A DNA stretch of 64,000 nucleotides from a virus (Duplodnaviria; Caudoviricetes): the IMG/VR virus record IMGVR_UViG_3300028833_000057, positions 203,827 to 267,826 of that record; one strand, written 5' to 3'. The notes beneath the pieces were generated by a model. That model did no database searches, had not been told where the DNA came from, and saw only the letters and a program-made list of their open reading frames with translations. Positions 42,252 to 49,411 of this stretch are shown in pieces (position 1 is the stretch's first letter; each line of letters starts with the position of its first letter). The position numbers and the translations under genes are program-made.

Positions 42252-42260
42252 TTAATATAA
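42252..42260 (-). promoter_or_regulatory. Early-type promoter TTATATTAA (representative)
   Basis: Same motif at 5047, 14953(+), 20122(+), 27402, 36053(+), 42760, 43670, 45806, 46511, 59136. Confidence 0.7.
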
Positions 42261-42262
42261 TA

Positions 42263-42733
42263 CTAAAAATTACCATCAGCTACTTGAAGGCAAGTATAAC
42301 CTAATTCGCGCCATTTGGCAACCATAGAGTTACGGTCTTCAAGAATATAGCAAATGTTATATTCAGGATGTTCCTTTAATAAAGCATTAAGTAATTCAGG
42401 CTTAACTTCCGTATCATGGCGAGTATCACCATCTTTACGGAAAAGCATATGTAAAGGAGTATACTGGGTATTTACCAAGTGATGCTTCATCCATGCTATA
42501 GTCTTTTCCTTAATACTTTCACGCCTACCGGAACAGAATATAATATCATAATAGGTAGATAATTCTTCTACTAATTGAATAATTGCTGGAATAGGTTTAT
42601 CTTCTAAACAAGATTCATAAAATGCATCCCAGTTCGGAGTTTCTAAGTCAGTAATATACTTTTTAGCACGTTCCGAACAATCGGCTATTGTACCATCGAT
42701 ATCAACGACGATAATGTATTTTTGTTTACTCAT
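42263..42733 (-). CDS. HAD phosphatase (T4 PseT/PNKP 3'-phosphatase-like)
   Basis: DIDGTIAD, SGR, R..GDTRHD..VK, EDR..V..WRELG.TCLQVADGNF. Confidence 0.9.
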   Translation of the reverse strand: MSKQKYIIVVDIDGTIADCSERAKKYITDLETPNWDAFYESCLEDKPIPAIIQLVEELSTYYDIIFCSGRRESIKEKTIAWMKHHLVNTQYTPLHMLFRKDGDTRHDTEVKPELLNALLKEHPEYNICYILEDRNSMVAKWRELGYTCLQVADGNF

Positions 42734-42797
42734 GATTTATCTCCATAAGAGTTCAAAATTTAATATAAAAAATAAATTCTATACAGATAACTAATTA

Positions 42798-43469
42798 ATG
42801 AAGAAAAGCCTGCAAAAAGGAGAAATTATGGTTCCCGTAATTATATCGGATATTGATGAAGTAGTATTTAATATTACTCCTAAATGGACACAAAGAATTA
42901 TGCATAATGTTATGCTATTTCAAAGAATTAGAAATTATGAACCTATATTTGCGTATAATAAGAGCTTTGATGAATTATATAAATCAACGCAAGAAAGACC
43001 AGAATATGATTTATGTAATTGGCTAATGCTTCCTAGACGAGCAAGAGCGCTTGCATATACTTTATATGCAGATGATGAAAAATTTTACCACGATCTTCCA
43101 CTTACAAAATTCGGAACGAATTTACTTTCTGGTGGAAAACATAGAAAGATAATATTCTTATCACATATCTTAGGCAGACCTTGTGATGAATCTAAAAAAG
43201 AAATGATCTTTCATCATTTTAAAAATTGTGATATCGAATATTATACATTATTTAATGGATTCAGTAAAGGTGATAAAATAAATGAAATCTGTCCAGATTT
43301 CTCTGTATTTATTGATGATCATCCAGATAATATCAAAGATGTTATGGAAAAGTGCGGAGATGAAAAAAAGAAGTTTCTCTTTCCGTTGAAAGGGTATAAT
43401 GCTAATATGATAACAGATCTAGAGAAACTTGTAAAGGAAAAGAAGTTAAATCTCGCAGTTATGGATTAG
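42798..43469 (+). CDS. HAD 5'(3')-deoxyribonucleotidase-like protein
   Basis: DIDEVV, SK, FIDDHPDN, YN. Confidence 0.75.
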   Translation: MKKSLQKGEIMVPVIISDIDEVVFNITPKWTQRIMHNVMLFQRIRNYEPIFAYNKSFDELYKSTQERPEYDLCNWLMLPRRARALAYTLYADDEKFYHDLPLTKFGTNLLSGGKHRKIIFLSHILGRPCDESKKEMIFHHFKNCDIEYYTLFNGFSKGDKINEICPDFSVFIDDHPDNIKDVMEKCGDEKKKFLFPLKGYNANMITDLEKLVKEKKLNLAVMD

Positions 43470-43642
43470 TAATTACCTTCTGAATAATGAATAATCACAG
43501 CAAGAGTAGTTGGACCTATATGACTTTCGCCATTAAGTGGTATGATATTCTTAACGCTGTGATCTTTTATAAAATCATTTATCTTTTCTTCCAATTTCTC
43601 ATATGTAATATCTGAAATAATTTTTACTTTTGTGTGAACCAT
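43466..43642 (-). CDS. Small hypothetical protein (58 aa)
   Basis: Below cutoff; AGGAG RBS, early promoter; MVHTKVKII..LEEKINDFI. Confidence 0.6.
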   Translation of the reverse strand: MVHTKVKIISDITYEKLEEKINDFIKDHSVKNIIPLNGESHIGPTTLAVIIHYSEGNY

Positions 43643-43716
43643 TTTTACTCCTATTAGTATACTCTCATCTTAATATAAAAATAAAGAATATCTCAAAGAG
43701 ATATTCTTTATTAATT

Positions 43717-44193
43717 CTAACTGATTTGGATAGACACTTTATCTTTACACTGGAAATCATCATTTCCCCAATGTGTTCCAGCAAATAAGCCTAAGAAGAA
43801 ATCGGCTATAGATGCATGTTTACGATCTTGACCAGAAGCTCTTAAAAGACCTCTAAAGAAGTCATCACATTCTTCTCTATTAAAGATCTTAAATCCTTTC
43901 CATGCATATAGAGCATCATGGACTACACCTGATAGATTATATAATTCATTCTTAGGATCCCAGTTTTTAAGGAACCATCTTAGGCATTTGGGAACACTTA
44001 GTCCATCACAGATATATCCTCTATCAAAAGTCATAAGCATACGTTTCTTCTTTCCATCTTGCATAAATGGAACCAAGATCCAAGCTTTATCTTTTAATTT
44101 AAACCTATTGTAAGATGTATCCCAATTAAAAAAAGAATACTGTATTTCATTTGTAATAACAGATACTGCCATAATATATCCTTTGTTGAACAT
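43717..44193 (-). CDS. DUF1353 family protein (likely start 44172)
   Basis: GYICDGLSVP..W..VVHDALY..R.ECD..F. Confidence 0.85.
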   Translation of the reverse strand: MFNKGYIMAVSVITNEIQYSFFNWDTSYNRFKLKDKAWILVPFMQDGKKKRMLMTFDRGYICDGLSVPKCLRWFLKNWDPKNELYNLSGVVHDALYAWKGFKIFNREECDDFFRGLLRASGQDRKHASIADFFLGLFAGTHWGNDDFQCKDKVSIQIS

Positions 44194-44256
44194 TCAATAT
44201 TATGTCAAAAAAGAAAGAGCCAAGTATAAAACTTAGCTCTTAAATTCAACAAGATC

Positions 44257-45348
44257 CTACTCAATATAAGAGAATGCCTGTCCTTCACCGAAGTATTTTT
44301 CGATGATAGAAACGACATTTTCCTTATTGATGATTTCAAAGTTCTTGCTGGGCACAGTATACCCAGCATGTTCATTGAAAATCCTGCGTGCAGTCTCATG
44401 CTTAAAGAGTTCTTTATACTCTTCTTGAGCAGCAAACTGCTTACGGATGATATCAATTCGTTCATCCGTAACATGTTGTCTGACATTTGCCAAGAGATCC
44501 TGCATGAGTGGAAGCACCTCTTTGGGCTTATCACTCATAGACAAGAATGTTGGCAATCTTCCACCCATTTCAAGCAGGATACCACCAGTCATGTATACAA
44601 GACCGCGTTTCTCACGCAGTTCCTGCATAAAGGGCGACTGAAGACCTTCCGAAAGTGCATTGATAGCACTAGCCAGAAGAAGTGATTCATCTGGATTGCG
44701 ACACGGTTTGTTTGCAGTAATCCAGATGGTCTTCTGCGGATTTCCGGTTTCCTTCTCAAAGGAAGGTTCACCAGAAATCCTCTCGATCTGAGGGAAGATA
44801 TGCGGGTACAGCTCTTCATGGCTTTCACCTTCAAGCATCGAATTCGGTCCAATAGACAAAATCCAAGGCCTGGTAAAGATCTCCTTACAGTTGTAAAGAT
44901 AATCTTCGTATTTAAATGCATTCACACCAGACTCAATGCCAGTGCTGCCATAAAAGTCAAAATTATCCCACAACATGTGGTGCAATGCCGCACGGATGGG
45001 TTGAGAGAATACCATACCAATTTCTTGGCAAACCGTATTTTTTTCGTTCTCAAAAGTAGCCTTATCCACAGGCTTTCCATGGATAATAGCCTTCGAGAGT
45101 TCCTCAGCCAGCGGCTCAATGTTCTTAGTGAGTCCTGAGAACTGGATCACCATGTTCTCATTGGAGGTATGCGCCTCCTCACTAATATCACCGGCCTGGA
45201 GAGCATCCCTCAAGTGCTTATAATGGTGGCACAAGAGATGTTCCAAGAGATGAGATGTACCCCTGATGCTCTTACGCTCACTAAGCGGAGAGCAATTATC
45301 GTAGACAAAACAAAGTTTCGAATACGGTAAAGAGTTCTGAATATGCAT
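44257..45348 (-). CDS. M16 family zinc peptidase
   Basis: GTSHLLEHL (HxxEH), ENEKNTVCQE, S.FMQELREKRGLVY. Confidence 0.9.
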   Translation of the reverse strand: MHIQNSLPYSKLCFVYDNCSPLSERKSIRGTSHLLEHLLCHHYKHLRDALQAGDISEEAHTSNENMVIQFSGLTKNIEPLAEELSKAIIHGKPVDKATFENEKNTVCQEIGMVFSQPIRAALHHMLWDNFDFYGSTGIESGVNAFKYEDYLYNCKEIFTRPWILSIGPNSMLEGESHEELYPHIFPQIERISGEPSFEKETGNPQKTIWITANKPCRNPDESLLLASAINALSEGLQSPFMQELREKRGLVYMTGGILLEMGGRLPTFLSMSDKPKEVLPLMQDLLANVRQHVTDERIDIIRKQFAAQEEYKELFKHETARRIFNEHAGYTVPSKNFEIINKENVVSIIEKYFGEGQAFSYIE

Positions 45349-45458
45349 TGATGACTCCTTGTTAAGTTAAACTTACATATTCTATTTTATAATATAAAGA
45401 ATCATCAAAAAAATTAACGGAAGAAAAAATATAAGGCTTTATAGCCTTATATTTCTCT

Positions 45459-45773
45459 TTATATCTCTATTTGTGAGCCATATAACCAATGAGATTTAAG
45501 AATTATTTTTATAAAATTCCATTTCGCAATAGATATGATATCTTTTCCGGTAATATTTTTACGTGACAATAGATTATTCTTGGCAAGTTCTAAATTTTTA
45601 TAAGCATAATTATCTGGATTTTTAGGTTTTTTATTGTTTATTTCATTTTCTAAATTATTCATAAAACGTTCAGCAAAAATAAAACATTCGAAGCATGCAC
45701 CTCCAATGATCTTATCTTTGATATATGACTCTTTAAAGTGATCATAAGATTTTTTATCTTTTAGCAGTAGCAT
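45459..45773 (-). CDS. Hypothetical early protein
   Basis: 104 aa; GAGG RBS; early motif upstream. Confidence 0.65.
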   Translation of the reverse strand: MLLLKDKKSYDHFKESYIKDKIIGGACFECFIFAERFMNNLENEINNKKPKNPDNYAYKNLELAKNNLLSRKNITGKDIISIAKWNFIKIILKSHWLYGSQIEI

Positions 45774-46004
45774 AATATCCTCTTATTTAATTATTATTCT
45801 ATAATTTAATATAATATGCAGGATAAAAATTTTACAAAAAAAAAAAATCTCTATAGCCTTATATGGACTATAGAGATATTTTTCAGTGTTATGCTACTTT
45901 GCACCATTAGTTTAACAGATTATGACACTTGTATGTTTAGGGAATAATTTTGTGTGATAAGGTCTTATTAAACTAACTAGTTCGTTAAGCTAGATCTACA
46001 CTAG

Positions 46005-46076
46005 AGCCTAATGAATGATTCGAACACTCGACATATACATTACAAATGTATCGTTCTACCACTGAACTAATTAGGC
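46005..46076 (-). tRNA. tRNA-Thr(UGU)
   Basis: GCCTAAT/ATTAGGC acceptor, TT-TGT-AA loop, TTCGAAT. Confidence 0.9.
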
Positions 46077-46080
46077 GGAA

Positions 46081-46205
46081 CCTTAACATAAGTACTGACT
46101 AAATCCACCCCTCGGTGCGATAGAGCCATCGTCATCACTGACTACTTCAAGGCCATTCAACTAATCTATATGAAATACAAATTAGTCTGACCACTTATGT
46201 TAAGG
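46081..46205 (-). ncRNA. Unidentified 125-nt structured RNA
   Basis: Perfect 13-bp closing stem CCTTAACATAAGT/ACTTATGTTAAGG, between tRNAs. Confidence 0.55.
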
Positions 46206-46275
46206 CATTTAAAAGTTATTGGAGATATATCGGTGTGTGTGGGATTGGATCCTTTTTGAAGATATATCCCCAATA

Positions 46276-46348
46276 TTGGAATGGTGGGGTTCGAACCCGC
46301 GACCCACGCCTTAAAAGGGCGTTGCTCTACCAACTGAGCTACATTCCA
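46276..46348 (-). tRNA. tRNA-Lys(UUU)
   Basis: TGGAATG/CATTCCA acceptor, CT-TTT-AA loop. Confidence 0.88.
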
Positions 46349-46355
46349 TAGCATA

Positions 46356-46429
46356 TCGGAATAGCCGGATTCGAACCGACGACATCTTGCTCCCAAAGCA
46401 AGCGCTCTACCAGACTGAGCTACATTCCG
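46356..46429 (-). tRNA. tRNA-Pro(UGG)
   Basis: CGGAATG acceptor, TT-TGG-GA loop, GGTTCGAATCC. Confidence 0.95.
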
Positions 46430-46524
46430 TAAAGAGCTTAGGGATGGAGGAAACAAACCACCCCTAAGCCTTTTCACCTTTCAAAAGGATACCCTTTCGG
46501 ATACCAGAATTTAATATAATGATA

Positions 46525-46782
46525 TTAATTATTCATCAACGCATTCTGAAGAACGTAACCTTCAAGTTCCCAGACCTTATTTTCAATGCGTTCTCTACAA
46601 ATCTGCTCACCAAGATTCTGATCATAATTTGCCGGGTCTACACATGAGCTAGACTCACAGATCACAAATCCATTCGGAAGAGTACAGCAAACAACTGTAG
46701 TCTTTTCACCCATCTTAATGCTTTCAAACTTTGAAGCATCCAAGATCGCCTTAATATCTTCTGGCGTAATTCTATTCTTCAT
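46525..46782 (-). CDS. Gp49 (N4 gp49/Sf6 gp66) family protein
   Basis: TTVVCCTLPNGFVI.ESS.CVDPANYD..LG..IC...VWELEGY; start moved to ATG 46782 (AAAGGA). Confidence 0.9.
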   Translation of the reverse strand: MKNRITPEDIKAILDASKFESIKMGEKTTVVCCTLPNGFVICESSSCVDPANYDQNLGEQICRERIENKVWELEGYVLQNALMNN

Positions 46783-46810
46783 ATAGCATCCTTTGTTGAA
46801 TGAAAAAAAA

Positions 46811-47016
46811 ATATACCCGTATACGGTGGGAATCGAACCCACATTTCCCATCTATAAGGTGAGATTCGAACTCACGTGGCGTTGTTAACGTCTTCACGGT
46901 TTCCCCCAAGTCAACAGTTTGCTCAAGTCAACTCTGTGTAAGCATAGTATCAGAACTTACAGGGTAATAGGTTTGCTTGTATCCGGCCTTGCATACTTTA
47001 CAGTATAGAGGTATAT
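46811..47016 (-). ncRNA. tRNA-mimic RNA with two T-arms
   Basis: Terminal stem ATATACCTCTATAC/GTATACGGGTATAT; T arms GTGAG-TTCGAAT-CTCAC and GTGGG-TTCGATT-CCCAC. Confidence 0.65.
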
Positions 47017-47034
47017 TGTAGAATCTAAAAATAA

Positions 47035-47118
47035 TAGCTAAGGTGAGACTTGAACTCACACGATGTTGCCATCAAGGGATTTTAAGTCCCCAGTGTCTAC
47101 CACTTCCACCACTCAGCC
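47035..47118 (-). tRNA. tRNA-Leu(UAA)
   Basis: CT-TAA-AA loop, long variable arm, A73. Confidence 0.93.
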
Positions 47119-47128
47119 ATGTAAGATA

Positions 47129-47365
47129 TTACTTCTTACCTTTCAATTTTAAATTTGCTTTCTGCCAATCTGAAACTGTTTTATATTTCTTTTCTTCACT
47201 AGACCAATCAGTGCAAGTAAACTGCCAACCTGGATCTCTATCAATTCTTTCTACACATGCATCACAAAATTTAGTTGTAAATAATGAACCATCTTTTAAA
47301 GATTCAGTTTGTACCCTTTTAGGTTCCTTATCAAAGGGACGACAGCATTTACTGCATATGAACAT
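47129..47365 (-). CDS. Small zinc-finger-like protein
   Basis: CSKC...CDAC. Confidence 0.55.
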   Translation of the reverse strand: MFICSKCCRPFDKEPKRVQTESLKDGSLFTTKFCDACVERIDRDPGWQFTCTDWSSEEKKYKTVSDWQKANLKLKGKK

Positions 47366-47369
47366 ATAG

Positions 47370-47451
47370 TACCTAATGTAAGACTCGAACTTACACTTCT
47401 TGCGAAACTTGCTCCTAAGGCAAGCGTGTCTACCAATTCCACCAATTAGGC
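47370..47451 (-). tRNA. tRNA-Leu(UAG)
   Basis: CT-TAG-GA loop, variable arm, A73. Confidence 0.93.
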
Positions 47452-47460
47452 GGGAAATTA

Positions 47461-47667
47461 TTAAACTCTTACACCATGCAATGTATTCATACTACACCCT
47501 CAAAAGGGTTCTCTTCAAGCATTAGCAACAGTCTTAAGGGAATTCATAAGGGAAGTTGCATTGATTTCCGATTAGCATCCTACATGAGATCCTTGCAAGG
47601 CATTACGGAATTTTATAGTCCGTCCTGTAGTTTCCTTATGTAATCAGTTCGTAGTATTAGAGTTTAA
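47461..47667 (-). ncRNA. 207-nt rod-like RNA (6S-like?)
   Basis: Nested pairings 47461-69/47659-67, 47489-95/47651-57, 47545-51/47634-40. Confidence 0.5.
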
Positions 47668-47828
47668 ACACTTCACAATCGTACCTAACCTATAATCAAA
47701 AGGTTTCATCTGTTTAGAAGTTGCGCTAACTTTATGAGGTAAAAGTATATCCATGTACGGGAACATAGATAAAGATGGAGTCAAACCATCTAGCGGATAC
47801 CATTGTGTAAAACTTATTAAAATCTTAG

Positions 47829-47901
47829 CTGCTTCACATGGACTCGAACCATGGACAAGCGGATTAACAGTCCGCTGCTCTACCAACTGAGCTATGAAGC
47901 A
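47829..47901 (-). tRNA. tRNA-Asn(GUU)
   Basis: U1-A72, CT-GTT-AA loop, G73. Confidence 0.95.
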
Positions 47902-47922
47902 ATTTATAATTTGTTATAAAAA

Positions 47923-47996
47923 TGGACAGACTCGGACTTGAACCGAGAACCCGCAGGTTATGAGTCTGCTGCGCTAACCAATTGTGCCATCTGTCC
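47923..47996 (-). tRNA. tRNA with CAU anticodon (elongator Met or Ile2)
   Basis: GGACAGA/TCTGTCC acceptor, CT-CAT-AA loop; no initiator features. Confidence 0.88.
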
Positions 47997-48346
47997 ATTG
48001 TGATTCTCTAGAACGTGGATTTCAGGAAAATCTATGACAAATTTTATCTAGAGAATCACTTTATAAAAATTAGTGGCTAATTGCTGGAGACACAACCTAG
48101 GAAGACTTGCAGAATAACTAGGTCACAACAATTAGCCAGAAATGAAAACTGAGTAGAGTAAAACGCAGGATGTAAGGGATTACTTTCTTAGTTGAATTCT
48201 ACTCAGTCCTCTTCACACAACTCTAACGAGCAACATATTTGCAACGTCAAAGGAGGTTCATGGAAAATATTTGACGATCTTTCTTCGTCAATACTAAATT
48301 ATAATCGTTCAGCACATTTTGATTACTACCAGGGCCGTACCAGCTG

Positions 48347-48425
48347 TGGATCAACGGAGATTCGAACTCCGAACTTTCTCATGCTTTGCAACTTGAGAGT
48401 GCTTTACCAATTAAGCTAAAGACCC
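48347..48425 (-). tRNA. Atypical Ala-type tRNA-like RNA
   Basis: G3:U70 and A73, intact D and T arms; anticodon arm expanded to a 14-nt loop. Confidence 0.65.
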
Positions 48426-48620
48426 ATGACTTTCTAATCTAGCATATTATAAGAGATGATTAAAGGTACCTACATCTCTTATAAAACTTCTAGTAATGCT
48501 ATAGGGATGCACAGTCTGGCTAAAGGCTATGCATCCCATAGCACCCCTTCTCAACTATGTGAGCGACATATTCGCAACACAACGGAGTTCTTCAAAATTT
48601 AATATATCAATGAAACTATA

Positions 48621-49403
48621 TTAGAATGGAAGATCATCAGCTTCTTCTTCGCTATACTGAGGAGCTGCTGCTTGCTGCTGAGGAGCAGCATTACCAGAAT
48701 TAGCCCAAGACTGTGCAGTAGACGCACCTCTACGAGAAGGCGCTCTAGGAGCAGATGTACCACTGGTATTCTGACCACCATTATAATTATCGCCACGGTT
48801 CGGCTTGTGATCCATAGGAGATACAAGCACACGACACATTTCATTTACAAATTCACAGAATGTGTCAAAAGACGGATTTTCTACAAAGATAGTTGCTTCT
48901 GCATTTGCATCTGTAGAATTGAAACCTTGGAGATTAATATTTTCAAAATAGAAGGAATGTGTATAAGAAATTTCCTTGCTGTTATTATCTGCCTTACCAA
49001 CATAGATAATAACACCATCCTTCATATCTTCTTCTTCAGTAGCAGATCCGTCAATCAAACGGAAATGACTACCATGGAAAGAGATTTCCATGTCAAGGAT
49101 TTCTTTAGCCTTATAATGCATAAGAACCTTGCGAAGAACCTGACAATCTTCTGCAGACAATGACATATAGATAGCATTGTCGTAATCGTATGTTTGTTCA
49201 CCCTTCTTAGGAGTTCTGCCACGCATGTCATTGAAAACTGCTGCAATAGAGAGGGTAGCATAAGCACGACCGAAGCCAGCAGTGGCATAGCCAAGCTGCA
49301 TAGCACCAGTCTTATTATTGAACAAAGTCGTACACTTGGTACGAACATAGTTCGGTTTATCTTGTGTATTGTTATTCGAATTCTGCTGATACGAATTAGC
49401 CAT
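48621..49403 (-). CDS. Putative single-stranded DNA-binding protein
   Basis: Gly/Gln/Ala-rich linker and acidic DDLPF tail; directly after polymerase gene. Confidence 0.65.
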   Translation of the reverse strand: MANSYQQNSNNNTQDKPNYVRTKCTTLFNNKTGAMQLGYATAGFGRAYATLSIAAVFNDMRGRTPKKGEQTYDYDNAIYMSLSAEDCQVLRKVLMHYKAKEILDMEISFHGSHFRLIDGSATEEEDMKDGVIIYVGKADNNSKEISYTHSFYFENINLQGFNSTDANAEATIFVENPSFDTFCEFVNEMCRVLVSPMDHKPNRGDNYNGGQNTSGTSAPRAPSRRGASTAQSWANSGNAAPQQQAAAPQYSEEEADDLPF

Positions 49404-49411
49404 ATTTGTCC

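Noticed and set aside
45886-45976. Possible plus-strand pseudoknot
   Set aside because: Helices are AT-rich and on the strand opposite the tRNA transcript; plausible by chance.
46081-46205. Hammerhead ribozyme
   Set aside because: Contains GUGAUGA rather than CUGANGA and has no correctly placed GAAA core.
46811-47016. tmRNA
   Set aside because: Too short, lacks the GGGG 5' end, G3:U70 and CCA, and has no convincing tag reading frame.
46166-48419. ORF-track entries at 46166, 47043, 47644, 48192 and the 5' extension of 46525-46851
   Set aside because: They overlap clear tRNA or structured RNA genes.
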